This document shows positions 34,168-48,035 of a stretch of DNA of 64,000 bases, in pieces; position 1 is the first letter of the stretch, and every line of letters begins with the position of its first letter. The stretch lies in contig AP026172.1 in assembly GCA_030295235.1 (NCBI GenBank), positions 186,001 to 250,000 of the forward strand, read 5' to 3'. Position numbers and translations under genes: made by a program. This DNA is from Fistulifera solaris. Its lineage: Eukaryota. The notes under the pieces are model-generated. The model had not been told where the DNA came from and did not search any database. It saw nothing but the letters and a program-made list of their open reading frames with translations.

Positions 34168-36135
34168 TTATGCTACATCCGCATCCGGTAGAGCTGCTTT
34201 GCAAACACCTGCACTGGTTGATAAAGGAACACCTTTGTAGGTGGCGACACCGGAGCTGTCAGTTTTGAGGTCGGGGAATATTACATCCAACATTTTCTTC
34301 TTGATAATTTGGTTTTCTGTGGCGGGCTCTCCGTCAAACCCTTCTACCGTGACACGCTCACCTATCTCTGCACCCTCGGGAGGCTCTACGAATTTCACTT
34401 GATCGCCAGCCGATGCGCACAGCACCATCCCGTGCGAAGGAAATCCGACCAACTTTCTTTCCTTTAAGTTCGAAAGCACCAAAACACGTTGGCCAACCAA
34501 ATCATCCACGCTGTAGTGAGCACGCAGTCCCGAGGCGATCTTGCGGGGACCTTCTGGTTCCCCAATGTCGATTTCTTCGCAAAATAGCTTTTCGGCTTCT
34601 TCATGCTCCCAGGCCTTGGTGATAACGCCGACGCGAATATCAAATTTCGAAACATCAATTTCAGCAGATGGAGCTTGTTCTTGTTTCTCGGATGCAGTCG
34701 TCGATTGTTCAGATTCCTGTTTATTGAGGGCCTCTAATTCAGCAAGTGATCGGACGATTCGACTGGGTGCTTTTTCACCTCGTGGGTCGGGTTTAGTCTC
34801 TGGTTGTGGTTTTCCGGATAAGAAATTCGACAGGCCTACGAAATGCGGCGCCATTGTTAGCCTTGCCAACTGATATAAAATTTAAAATGCCGCAAGCAAC
34901 GTACCATCATCATAGAAGTGCGGAAACTGTTCTAGGAATCGCTTGTCGTTTTTGGTAAACTCGCGCAAATCCTTGACTCCGTGAATTACCATACAAAAGC
35001 GTTCGACACCAAAACCGGCCGCGAAACCAGAATACTCGTTGGGGTCAATGCCCGCCATTTCCAAAACATTCGGATCAACCATTCCGCAACCCAATACTTC
35101 CATCCATTTTCCCCGAAAGAATACGTCAACCTCCATGCTGGGTTCAGTGAAAGGGAAGTAACTTCCTCGAAAACGAACTTGGATGTCGGGTCCCAACATT
35201 TGTTTCAGAAAATGTTCGACGGTACCTTTCAAATGTCCCAGATTGAGTTCACCGCGCTTTTCTAACGCTAAAATTTCAACTTGATGAAACATGAGCGAAT
35301 GTGTGGCATCAATATCATCTTTCCGATACACACGGCCGGGCGCTACAATGCGAAGTGGAGGTTTGCGCTTCTTCAACTGTCGGATCTGAACGGAGGACGT
35401 GTGTGTACGCAACAATTTCTCCATATCTTCCGTCAAATAAAAAGTGTCTTGCATATCACGTGCGGGGTGATCTTTGGGACAGTTGAGGGCTTCGAAACAA
35501 TTGTAATCGGTCTCAATTTCGGGTGAATCTTCGACGGACGTGACGGTATCGTAACCGAGACTCGTGAAAATATCAATGGCCTTCTCCATGGTCATGCTCA
35601 AAGGATGACGGCGACCAATATCAGGGTATCTGGAAATTCCAGGCAAGGTGACATCAATGTACTCGGCTTTCATTTTTTCTTCAATCATGGCAACTTCCAA
35701 ACGTTTCATGGTTTCCGTTACTCTTGTCTCAAACGCTTCCTTGATTTCATTCACTATTGCTCCTAATTTAGGTTTATCTTCATTCGAGAGTAGACGCATA
35801 CACCCCATGGCCTTGTTGATGGGTCCCTTTTTCCCCAAATATTCTCGTCGGATGGCTTCCGCATCGGCGACCGTTGTCACTTGATCCATTCTGGCGTCAA
35901 ATTCCTCCTTGACTTGTTGTAGCTCTGCGGAAACTTGTTCAATGGAAACAACTTCTTCGCTCGTTCCTGTCATAGAAAGCGCGTGGACATGATCTCGCTC
36001 AGGTTGGTAGTTGGGATGCCGTGATATTGTGGTTGCCTTGTGAACATCGTGTGAAATTCGTAGGGACGATGGAAGAAAGGCGTCGACAGAGCTGGTTGCC
36101 AAAACAACAAATTGGATCCAGCAATTCAGTTTCAT
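34168..36135 (-). CDS. pheS: Organellar (plastid-targeted) bacterial-type phenylalanyl-tRNA synthetase alpha subunit fused to a C-terminal EMAP-II/Trbp111-like tRNA-binding OB domain
   Basis: Signal peptide + VDAF. HPARDMQDTFY, LLRTHTS, PGRVYR..DATH..FHQVE, YFPFTEPS and GFGVER. Intron 34836-34904 joins in frame (D-G-L-S-N-F) to DIRVG...IASGL...NLKERKLVGFPSHGMVLCA. Confidence 0.9.
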
Positions 36136-36632
36136 GATGATTGTTGAATTTATACTCCGTAATAATACACCGCTAGGTCCAAGTAGGTTGAACAAAGACT
36201 GTATGCCGATGAATCGTCACTAGGAGAAATGTTGATCTGAATCATCGTTTCATATCCGTCATCGTTGCCATCACATCATCATGATGAACCTTTTTCAAGG
36301 TTTTTGGTCTACGTGAACTTACGTGGAACTGTGGTAGGAAAACCTACGTAGAAGAACCCGGAATTTCTATAAATCGGACAGCCAGCCAGACAAACTCCTC
36401 ACACGTCAGTCACTGTTCTCGAACACATCCACCATTAGGGCTTTCCAATCCTTGACAAAATCTCTTTCCGACGTGATTAACCCTCTTAAAGATGATGATT
36501 CGTGACAAGACTGAGGAGTGAGTCAATATTTGTATCGAGCAACAAACGAAAACAAACGATACTACCTGGTACTCCACAAAAAACGAAAGCATCGTCTAAC
36601 TCCCTTGGTAGGCACAATAACTCAATGAAATA

Positions 36633-37479
36633 ATGTTTACAAAACATTTATTCACATTACTTCTCGTGTCGATTGCCTTTGTCGGCAAACACGGATGCGA
36701 CGCTTTCGTGACGCACCATTTGCAGTACCAAAGGCTGGGCGAGTTGTTATCTTTATCGAAAACATCGGAAGCAGAATCTTTGATGATCGGTAGTCGCCGT
36801 TCATTACTGCAAACGACACTCTCAGCGTTGGCAGTCGCTCCCGTCATTCTTCAAAGTACTGCAGTCTCGGCTGCCACGAGAGAACCCCTTTCTGACGTAT
36901 TGTATCGGATCATGCGTGTGCGAGAAGCGACTCAACAAGAAACGAGACTCATCAAGACGGGAAAATTCAAAGACGTGCAACGAGCGAATGTAAAATTGGC
37001 CGTGAAATTCATGGTGGATAATTATCGTCTGAATGATGCCTTTGTCACGGCCAGTAGTTATTTGGAAGGGTCGGATTCTCGCCGTGTCGAGGCGAGTCAA
37101 GTCGGACAGACCGCCGTGCAGAATTTGTACACGATTTTAGAATATTTCGATTCGGCCGATGTACAGAACTTGAAGGTAGGTGTATTGTTTGTGTAACATG
37201 TGGTGAGACGAACTACTTGAACTGACAACTAGTAACAAAAAAATATTTGTCGAAACTCGCTCATGTTAGGTTGGTCAAATGAGTGCCATGTCGGGAAAAG
37301 AAGAGTTGGTGTTCAAAGGCTTGGACGCTACGCGACGCAGTATCGATGACTTTTTAGCATATTTCCCAAAAGTAGAAGTAGATGCGGTCTTGAGCAAGAT
37401 TAAAGAGGAGAATGAGCTCAATGCCAAAGAATTCGACTCCTCGTTTGGTGTGATTCTAAACATGCCGCCTCCGTCGTGA
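36633..37479 (+). CDS. Putative thylakoid-lumen protein with a tripartite presequence; helical, function unknown
   Basis: Signal peptide + CDAF, then a twin-arginine SRRSLL, a hydrophobic stretch and AVSA. Intron 37176-37269 joins ORF 37279-37479 in frame. Confidence 0.7.
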
Positions 37480-38081
37480 AACAACTAGACCGTTACAATG
37501 AATGGCAGTGTTTTATGGGTAAACGGATGCTAAAACTCTGAGTAGTCCCATCCCTTTCTAATGCCCATATAGCTTCCCATTTCTTGGCCCTCTCTGGAGA
37601 ACCTGTCGCAGGTTGGACGTTGGCACCAGAAAACGACGTACTTGTACTTTTGTTGTTATAGTCTTTTTGCCGAAGGTACACGTTAGTATCTTCTGTATCT
37701 TTGCGCGCATTTTTCGTCAACATGAAATACTATAGTGATCAATCAGCGTCATGTTTGGATACAAAATCAAAAACCGCACAGATACCTCACATTTTGATGC
37801 GATCTGACGTCCGTTTTTTAAGAACATGACACTGATGACACCACTCTAGAAAGAGCAAGAAGAAGATCATCCTATCTCGCACCTCTAATCTGAACAGTCT
37901 GGGCCACGACGATCTGAGCCGAGTGGCGATACACCACGAAAAGAGACAATAATCGGTTTCTTCCGTCGTCAAACGGCTTGCTCAAAATCTTCATGTTCAC
38001 TGGCTGGGTTCTGGAGTTGTCAAAGTGATTGATGGATCTGTTTGTGGCGACATTTAAGGCGCAGGCGATTCACAAACGAAC

Positions 38082-41000
38082 ATGGAACCGGCCATCGACG
38101 TCATGAGCAGAGCCTTGCAGGGGAGACCATAGGGCACGCTCCTTCCTGGAAAGAACGACTACAATTTATGCGTTAGATGTCACAGATGCGTCCAATGCGA
38201 AGACGTACGGTTGCTGGAATTTTATTCATCAAGCGATGAACGAAATAGAGAGATATGAGCTTGCGAATGATCCTTTCACGCCTTCGAGCTTGGTGGCTCA
38301 TGCGCAATTGCTTTCAACAATGGCGTTAAGGGTGGCTAGAAGATCGCCAGCCAAAGATAGGGCAATGGTTGCGACTTGCATATCAAATGATTCACACGGC
38401 AATCTTTCTCCTGAGCAGTCGCAATGGCTTTTGGATCTGAATTTCGAACTTCGAGAAATCGTTATGGGTCGTATTGCAGCCATGGCTTTTGATTTTAGTT
38501 TTCACCAGTCGAGTGTAGGTCGTCATGGAAACTCGTCGTTTGCGGATCATGTTGTGATGGATACATTTTGCGCTGTTTTGTCGGCGAATGCTGTGACGAG
38601 CGGACCTCACGCTATACGACACTTTTCGACGGAATGGATTATTCCTTCTTCGGGAAATCTTCCTCCATTTGCTCTCGCTTCCGTCGTCTTTCATTTAGCA
38701 ATAGAAAGTCAAAGAAAGCTGGCTCCAGCAGGCACAAAGGACACACTACAACAGCTTTCCAGTCCAATTATTTGCATCGTTCTAATACCAATACTAGCGG
38801 CAACATTATCGGAAGATGAAGAGATAATTGCTTCTTCTCGAGACTCTGAACGCATAGCAACCAAATGCCTATGCGCGCTGAAAGCGTGGTGCAATGCAAC
38901 CGACTTGAGTCTCCCGCAGATCAGCCACGTCTCTCTCAAATTTGGCGTAAGTTATTCCTTGTTCACCTAAGGCATTCATTCTTATTAGAAATCTAACCAT
39001 GGCAGGTGAATTTTAGTCCAAGATTGTCGACCTGCTGAGTGACATCATGTACTCAGATTCAGATTTTGTCGTTGATGCGCTCGCGGAGCTTATTGAGGTA
39101 GTCGTACCTCTCTCAGACGAGAAAGTAATGTCAGAAGGGCGAATGAGTCAGGTTCGACATATTCTGCAAGTTGATGATTTAGAGTTTCGGCGCAAATTTT
39201 CTCCGGAGCAACTTAAGCTGATTGAGTTTCGAGAAATGGGTGCCATTGTGAACGAGCTGGTCTCCGCCGTTAGCTTGCAGCGTTTTCGTTTCGTCGAAAG
39301 GCAAAACAATGGTACGCATCATTTACTTTATATGAAATGTCATCATTCGTCGCTCACCTCGCTGGATACGTATTCTAGATGAACACGGAGTATGCCGAAA
39401 TTTGGCGAGAATTGCAGCAACAGTTTGTTCAACACACATCGATGTAATGACCAGAAAAGAATCTGTGGAGCTAGATAAGGGTGTACTTACTCTTCTCCTA
39501 AAAGCAGCAGCCCATCCTTCTGTTAATGTTTGTGCTATAGTGTTACCTGTGCTGACAAAATGCGTTTCAATAATGTCATTGCTCGGCCCGGAACTACTGC
39601 CCATTCTACAAAGAAGGGCAATTATCCCTCATACCCTTACGAGCAACCTCATTTCTTTTGCGGTTCCTGGCTTCTGCGATATCAACTATTTCGAATTTTT
39701 AAGATTCAGGGATGATGTTCTCAGGAAAGCACTAATTGCATGCTGGAATGCGAACCGTTCATATTACGTTGAGTCATGCGCCTCAGCTGTCGAGGAGTTC
39801 TGTTCCATTACATCATCAGTCGAAGTATCCTTGCAATTGGAGGCTGCCTTATTTTGCATTGAGATTATTGGTCCCGAAGCCACACATGTCGGTGAAGCCT
39901 TCCCTCACGGTGATCAGTTGTCACAGATCATTTCCGCTCTCGTTTTAAAGCCGTCTAGTCTTATGTTGAACCCTTTAACACTCGCGAGAGCATACAGAAT
40001 GATGAAAACGGTGAGTTATTTTTTTGTGCTTCTTCTACTCGGGATGTACTTTATCTGATTTTCTATAAATAGTATTCGGAATGGTGTCTCGCGGCAGAAA
40101 AAGATTCGATCGGCTTTGAACTTTGTGTCGCTGGATTTACAGAGATCTCAAGCCGCATTAACTTAAGCAGTGATCTTGTCGAATATTCGCCCTCTGTGTC
40201 AACAGAAGCTGCATCCTGTCTGAAAGATTTTATTTCTGGCCACCCCTTGCATTATGCAAGTGACACATTTGCTGCAGCATTGCGTGGTAAGTATCTATCT
40301 AGGTTGTGTCGCGTTCGAAAATGCTCGATTCTTATTTTTCTATTACCTCGAAAGCTTGTTGGTATGCCGCACAGCCCACAATCGAAAGAACAGGAGCTTT
40401 CAGTACCGAAGCTCGATTGACTCTTGGCGCTGGTTTAATGCAGATTTTCCAAATGATGCCAAGAGAACATCAGCCTAGACTTCTTGAAGAGCTAGCCACA
40501 TCGTCAATTGCGCGATTGAATCAAGCAAGTCAATTTTTGCAAGTATGGACAGAAACACCTTTTTGTCTGCTCAAGTTCACAATGTGGCTGACGACATAGT
40601 GCTACTCTCTGGGCTAACAAAAGACTTCTTGCTATCAACATCAGCTACCAATAACGAGGACATGGCAGACGACCACAAGACGCTTTCTTCACAGGACAAT
40701 GCAACTAATGTCGTCATGGCATCTCATGTTGTGTCGCTGATTCGAAGTTCGCTACCCGCTGTTCTCTTTTTGACCAAGGCGCTTCTTCGTGATGAGGTAT
40801 GTGTGTGTATTAACGTCTGGAGACGCGACCAGATACGTCTCACAGGCCTTTCAGACGGTTGTTGCGGCGGTTAAAACTTTTGTTTCAGATCTCGTTCCGT
40901 TCTCATCCAAATGGGGCGAATCTAGTCTCCTGCTTGATTTTCTCTTGTCAATAGACGATCTTTGTCTTGTTAGTGAAGATCATTTTCACAAGTGCAGTCT

Positions 41001-41930
41001 TATTGGCCACATTCTACAAGAAATTACAAAAGGATAGGAGAGGATCTTGAAAATCATTGCATCGGAATAAATTCCTCTCAAGCCTTTTCTGAAATTAATC
41101 GATGTTTTGAGAACAAAGTGCTCATTTACATAGGGCTGTTGAACGTAACCGAATTCAGTGACCATAAGTCCCAAATGGATGAATGCGAAACGGCATTTGA
41201 TTCGCCAGTCCCATCAATCAAACGTCCTGAAAAAGTTGACGAGGAGACTTCGGCTCTCTTTTTGGACTTTTTGACGGTGTTACTTCAGTTTTGCCCTTCA
41301 TTTACCATTCGATTAAAGACAGAGCAGGGAGGCGTTGGTGGTGGCGATCTAATTGCTAACCTCGCTGTCGACGCGGCTGCCAAATCGATGACCGTAGACG
41401 ATGTTGGTAGCATAAAAAGCGCGATACGCTTTCTCTTGTGTCTGGTGAGTCGGACATTTTCCTTTAACAAATTGCTTCTTGATTTATGCATGACTTGCTA
41501 ATACGTTGTATTCAGTTGCACTCAACTCAAGCTTCCGATGAAAATCTGGTCGCTTTCGCTACACAAGCATTAGTGCATGTTAGACGAAATACAGTTGTTG
41601 CTATGCTAGCAGGAGCATGTGGCAAATTTGACGTTTCCTTGCTGCCGGATGTCGCAGATTTATTGATTTCAACCTTGAAATGTACCCCGCTCGAGGAAAT
41701 CGAGTCACACCTAGTTTCAGCTCTGCGACAAGATTTCTTCATGTGCGGGGATGATGCCAAAGATGCGACACTTTCTTTTTTTTACAAAGTGTGTGCATCA
41801 TGGCTGGCACAAGGATGGCGTGCAAAATTTTTTTCATGAATTGTGGGACATGCACCAAGCGGAAGATGTAGATTCGCTCCATAGCAGCGATCTTGTCGCT
41901 CGTTTTGTCACCAAATACCAGACACCATGA
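38082..41930 (+). CDS. Large HEAT/ARM-repeat protein, importin-beta family-like (transportin-3/importin-13-like), multi-exon
   Basis: A chain of Leu-rich helical + strand ORFs is separated by GT-AG introns (e.g. 38948, 39312, 40011, 40287, 40797, 41445). FLRFRDDVL and LEAALFCIEIIG resemble karyopherin HEAT motifs. Family assignment is tentative. Confidence 0.6.
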
Positions 41931-42033
41931 ACCATCTACAATTGATGGAAAACTCAACGAGGAATCAGATTAACGCAAAGTACATATGCATAAGAGTGAG
42001 AACTGAGTAATACTATGAACTTCGCGAGAATAA

Positions 42034-44666
42034 TTATTTTTTCTTCAAAAGCTCTGCAGTAGCTAGTTCCGCAGAAAAAGATGCGTGCTTTCCAGCGTAA
42101 GTGGTTGCGCGCTTGCGAGCATGTCTGTTGACCATGTAATAGTTCTTGACGCAATATCCAAAAACTCGGCTTAGAATGACAAACCACACTAGTTTTGGGT
42201 ACGCTTTCTTAAAAAGATGAAGCAAAGATGTGCTTGAATCAACTGCAATAGGATAGAGTTGCATCTCCGACCAAGGAGTGGAGGAATTCCACTTAAAGAC
42301 GGGCTGGCAATCACCAATTCAGAAGGATGGGTATAATAAGCAATCTCATTTGATTTTTGCCATTTGATGACTTACCTTCATTCCTCGAAAGTTCGCCATG
42401 CCGTGCACCACAACAGATGGGAGAAGTATCTTCCAAAGCGGTATCGCCACACCAAGCAAATCACGTTTTGCAATGCCAAGGGCTGTTATCGTGCCACATA
42501 GTTCATGAATAGGAAATACCCCCCTGCAGAACGAGAAGAAGCTTTTGCTTTCGTGGTGTGGTTTTGTGTATAAGAGAATCCGTCGGATGCTATCACACAT
42601 TTTCAAACCCAAGGACGCGGCAAGCATCTGGGTAACGTGTTGGTTCGCGTTGACAGTATCGACTTCTCCATCCCGCCGTTGTACCTGCTCTGGCACAAGC
42701 TCAGTCTTTGTCACGTGACTATTTTTGTCGGTCACAGACTTCTTTCGCCAGTTGAAATTTTGCGGCAGCGTCGCTGTCCATAACAAAATTTTCAATTTCA
42801 CAAACTCTTCCACCAGCGGACTCGCTATACAGCTTGTGAGGAAATCAGCAGCGAAAAGGGTAATGCGCTTAGGCCTGTATCCGTTTTCGCGCAGCACCCA
42901 CGGTAAAATGAAAAGGGGGATTCGAGGCGAGAGATCAAAAATGCGTTTTTCCAAGAAACTGAACACCGCAAGTCGGATAACAGTAGCGAGCATTACCTCC
43001 GAAATAAATGCCATTGTATATCCCACAGAGCAGGAGGTGAAAAGCGTATTGATCACATCGTTTAGATTGTTCATAGCTCCATCATAAACCAGAGCCATTA
43101 CTAGAGCTGGAAAAATCAAAGCAAGAGAAACAATCCGCACATTCTCAAGGATGCGAAAACGATACTCGTTTAAAGGCAGATTGCGGGGAGATACTGCAGC
43201 GAAACACGCGAAAGATCCACCCGCGAAAAGTAGAGTGATCTGCTGTAATGACCTTCCTGTGAGAGAGCCATTTTGATTGCTCTAACAAGACGGACATCAG
43301 ATGATAATAAAGTTATCACAATACGGTTTGTCTTGTCGTACTTACCACTGCAAGCTGGTCTCTTTCTGTGGAACTGTGCGGTGCTACATTATGAGAAAAA
43401 GCACTTGCAGCGGGCACCGGACGTAAAGAACTCTGTGGATGCTGAAAGACGACATTCGGCGACTGAGGTTGCCAAGGTGACTGTGCTTGATTATTTCCTA
43501 TAGCCGGTGGAGTCCGTTGCGGAGGTGGCTGATAGTGTTGGTACTCGGGAGGTATAGCATTACTGGTGATAGGATTTGGCGGATAGTTTCCTAATCCTTG
43601 CTGATAAATCGGTGCGGAACCATTAAAATGTGGAGGATGCTGGTAATATTGAGCTGCGTACGCCTGTGCATCGTAATGATTGGGTGGTGATTGCTGCGCG
43701 TACGTGTGTTGTGGATAGGAATGCGGGTAGTAACCAGAATTGGGACCCAACTGATGTTGCCTTTGTCTTTCTTCATCCTTCGGTATGCAGCTTGCTTTTG
43801 TAGGTGGGAACGAATTCGATTCCAGTATCGCCTCGGTTTCACTTTCTCCTTCCACGTCGCTGTAATATACGGGTAAATTTGGCAGGGTATATCCCAACGC
43901 ATCATCACTTTCTTCGGAAAGGTCGTCCTCCGAAAAAAGGCTGAAGTGGAGGAGGAGGTCTGTGTATATTGGATGATGCTGGAGACGAAGGATTGTATGA
44001 ATTGTTGCTCGATGGTGGGGCCTTTTGACTGCTTGCTTCATGGAGTTGGTGTTGCCGCATTTGCTCGGGAAAGCCGTCACTTGGATCCCCCATTTTCCGT
44101 TGCTGTTTCTTGTACTTTGATCGATCTTTGCTGGTCCACAACGACGACTGTTTGGAAGATCGTTGACTGGTTTTGGATGTCGGTTTGGTCTTATAATCCG
44201 TGTCATCGAGCATTTGTTGCAGTCGATCCAGCGTTTGCATAGATTGATACGACGATGCCGAGTTTTTGTCACTTTGACTGGTCTTGTCACGGGTTTTCGT
44301 GCTCTCCTTCTGTTTTCTCTTCCACGGAATGTTGGAGGTTGCTCCAGGGACGGTGGAATAAGATATGGAAGTTGTTTCAAACGCTACAGGAGCATCCATT
44401 AGAGTATGATCGACGTTCTTGTCGTCATCCGAACTCGACTCGGTTTCATTTCCGTCATCGGAACCTCCACCATCATCATTCCACCAACTGGTATCCTCAT
44501 CGATCCGATTGCGGGGAATATTGTTGGATAAATTATTCGTCGTGCTAGTCGGCAAACTCCACGAAAAGCTGTCGGCCGGAGCCGTGGCAGCTGTTGCCAG
44601 AGGTAAATAGTAAGCCGCAAATGAAGCCAGAACGACCGTCTGTCGAGACCGTTTTCTGCTTGGCAT
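42034..44666 (-). CDS. Multi-pass membrane protein, PrsW-like glutamic intramembrane protease family, with a signal peptide and a long disordered Q/P/Y-rich N-terminus
   Basis: PLVEEFVKL (EExxK), PIHELCG and VVHGMANF (HxxxN), with several TM segments. Introns ~42306-42376 and ~43258-43345. Indel ~43930. Confidence 0.65.
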
Positions 44667-45122
44667 GTCCGATCTGATCAATTCTATGTTGTTATTCGGA
44701 AGATGAAGCTCTAATAATAGTGATAAATACTACGAAAAGAACGAATGTAATTCAAGTTGAATTTCGCATCCTTGCGATGGTGACAAGGGGTGCTCATGGC
44801 ATCAAAGTCTCTCCATCACTACAAAAGCTACAGTACGATACACCGGTATTGATTTAGTTATATATAAAATATGCTTAGCCTTCCTTCTCAATAAATAAAA
44901 CGTCGTATTGTTTTGTAAGATGAAGAAAAGTAGAGAAAGCGCGTGCGGCGGCAGCCGTCGCGGTGAACCGGGAACGCGGTGGAAATGCAAGCACAGAATG
45001 GCACACCCATCCATCGTTTTTGAGAAGCAGCATAGGCATAGGCATAGCCAAATAGTTACTACGTATATATACCCCCTGTAAAGCAGTTCATCCAGCACAC
45101 AAGACACAGAAAAGCTTAAATC

Positions 45123-46149
45123 ATGTCGGTAACGAGTTATGGCTGGCAGATAATTTTTCGGCGAGGAGCGTCTTGTCGAGCAGCAACATCCACTGCACTA
45201 TGGCAGAGATGCAATCGGCATTGTCTCGTCATTCAACAAACTATACAGACGGCAAGGAACAGCAGTAAAACACCCAACAATAATGAAAATGAAAATGCAG
45301 ACGATGATGATTCATCCGAATGGATTCCTCCTACTCACCCGCTGGCGGGTGATCGAGACAATCGCATCTTGATCAGCGTTTTCACGAACCCAACTTGGCA
45401 GAAATTGAAAAGCAATTGAAAGAATTGGAAATGGAAGAAAAGACGTCCCGTACAGCCACAAACGTCGACTGGCTCCAAACACGACGCAAAAAGATGGGTC
45501 CCATCGATATGCTACTGCCACAAGAAGCCAAACTCAAGAAGGATGCGATTGCCGAAATTCCCATGAAGCTTCATACACTCTTATCGAAAGATGAAATTGC
45601 GACGTGTTTAGAAGCCATGGGGGCCGTGATATAACCGTCATATTGGATGACCCTCGGAATCGACGTATGGGGGGTGCTTTGGGTCTGATTCTGGTTAGTG
45701 CCGCCACCCATACGCAACTCTCCATGATGGCAGATGCCTTGGTACGACAGATGCGGAGACGTGATTTGCATCAATTGGATGTGTTGGGTGCCAAATATGG
45801 TCCGGAAGGCAATCAACGTAGTAGTAGTAGTAGTAGTACTCAAGCAGAAGAAACTTGGATTGTTGTCGATTGTCGGAATTATGTCGTCCATTTTCAAGAT
45901 GAAGTCACACGAAAGTTGATTGATCTGGAAGCTTTGTGGTCGGGGAGGGATCCACTGTTCGAGATTGATTATCGAGACGAAGATCAAGTCGATGACTATG
46001 TCGCAAATCATCCCGTTCCTATGCATTACGGAAGATCGACGGTTGAATTTGATAATGTGCTCAAGGAATTGCACAAACGACGGTACACTTCACCGCACAA
46101 GCCTGTGGTACGAAAGACAAAAAAGAAGTTGTCGAGCCGAAGACGATAG
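45123..46149 (+). CDS. Ribosome silencing factor RsfS/Iojap (MALSU1-like), probably mitochondrial
   Basis: Arg-rich presequence and WIVVDCRNYVVHFQDEVTRKLIDLEALW. Two apparent indels (~45380, ~45622). Confidence 0.82.
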
Positions 46150-46192
46150 ACTTAAATAGACTTGAATTAAGCGCCTCTATAGATTTCAACAA

Positions 46193-47192
46193 CTACTTTT
46201 GACTCTCAGCGTATTTTCGATACTTGATAAAATCGGCCACAATCTCGTCCGAAGGAGCCTTACCCGTGTCGGTGTCGTCTGGTAAGTACGCTTCATAGCC
46301 GGGCATGAGAAATTGAGGTAAATCCGCTTCGGGAATGACGTGCACTTTACTGCGAAAATCGGCCGCCAACATGGGTTTCATGATATTCCAAATCTTATCA
46401 AACCAACCGGGTGGATTTACAATGAGAAAGAGACGAACACGAACGGGAACTCGTCCTTGTAGCATCATCATAAATTGATAACAATAATTGATGGAAAAGT
46501 TTTCCATCTTCCAATTATTCATGTAGGCCATGAAGCCAATTCCTATAATCAACAACCTTATTTGAGCAGAATCATCGTGACAGTCCCATTTTCCTTCCAC
46601 ACAAACCTACCTTCGGAACATGCCTTTTCCTTCTCTACCATAGTTTCCATGCAGTAGCCGAGATTATCAATAATGGTCTTTGTGGATGTATCCTTGGGAA
46701 AGTATCGGGCGGGATACATGAAAAACATATCGTGACCGTCTTTCGTCCGCAAGCCAGGCACCGGATAGAGTGTCTATCCGTGATCGTAATCACAGATTGA
46801 TTGAGACAAGAACTACGCGATTCGAACAAACGGAGAGAAACGACATGGATTACCTTGGTGGCGAGTTGTTTCTCGAGATCAGTCGCATTCAATTCGAGAT
46901 AACGTCGAGGAAAGTTCTTCATGACTTTAAAGGCCGATTTTTCGTTAAACTTTTCCTTCCCTGGACTGCAACGAGCAAATCGCAAATACATTTCATCCGA
47001 GAATGGCTCGTAGCTCTTTTCCCACTTCGTTTTGAGATTATCGAAACACTGCTTTTCTGTTTCCGTTAGTGCGGCAATTTGCTCGGCAATCGACCGCTCT
47101 CCCGTCGGAGCAAAACGCATCGGTCCGTCCCCTAATTCCTTGCGCGCGGCAACGAAGTCGATCTTCGTCTCATTCGTTACTTCAATTGTCAT
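46193..47192 (-). CDS. CRAL-TRIO (Sec14-like) lipid-binding protein
   Basis: SDEMYLRFAR, TKDGHDMFFMYPARY and LQGRVPVRVRLFLIVNPPGWFDKIWNIMKPML. Introns near 46770-46853 and 46558-46610. Confidence 0.82.
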
Positions 47193-47356
47193 TCTATCGT
47201 TTACTGAACGAAAAAGAGATGAAAGTATAGAGGTAAGAGGCCTATTTGAGTTGAGTAACTTATAGGTGTATTTTTCGCGAGACTGCGGAGTATCTTCATG
47301 AGCGAAGGCAACAAAATTGCGCGCTTTACATTCTACTATGACACAAAGTCTAAGCC

Positions 47357-48035
47357 ACTCTTTTTCGCAGGAGTGGATTTCAGTCATGAGGCGCGAGGCA
47401 GATCTTTCCATCTTGTTTGCTTGACTTCTGAGTTACCGTTACCAGGTACTTGCAGCTTGCTTAAATGATAATCTTCTTTAGTTGACAATAATTTTCCTAA
47501 GGTTCCTTGACATATGCGACGCACCGATCGTTACTTTGCGTCAAAGTTTCTCCCAATCCGAGGTACTGTAGGCCATAGTGTAAGCGACCTTCTGTGTGAC
47601 TGGATAGCAGTCACGAGTCATGTGATTCGAGTCCAAGAGATCGTTTGCTGTGTTGCCTTTTTTGTTTGTTTGACTTATACCAGGTAGACTAAATAACTCT
47701 TTTTCGCAGGAGTGGATTTCAGTCATGAGGCGCGAGGCAGATCTTTCCATCTTGTTTGCTTGACTTCTGAGTTACCGTTACCAGGTACTTGCAGCTTGCT
47801 TAAATGATAATCTTCTTTAGTTGACAATAATTTTCCTAAGGTTCCTTGACATATGCGACGCACCGATCGTTACTTTGCGTCAAAGTTTCTCCCAATCCGA
47901 GGTACTGTAGGCCATAGTGTAAGCGACCTTCTGTGTGACTGGATAGCAGTCACGAGTCATGTGATTCGAGTCCAAGAGATCGTTTGCTGTGTTGCCATTT
48001 TGTTTGTTTGATTTGCCAGGTACCTGGTAGACTAG
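47357..48035. repeat. Tandem direct duplication with a 339-bp period
   Basis: By eye, 47357-47657 is identical to 47696-47996. The ends (47658-47695 vs 47997-48039) are similar but diverged. Confidence 0.95.
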
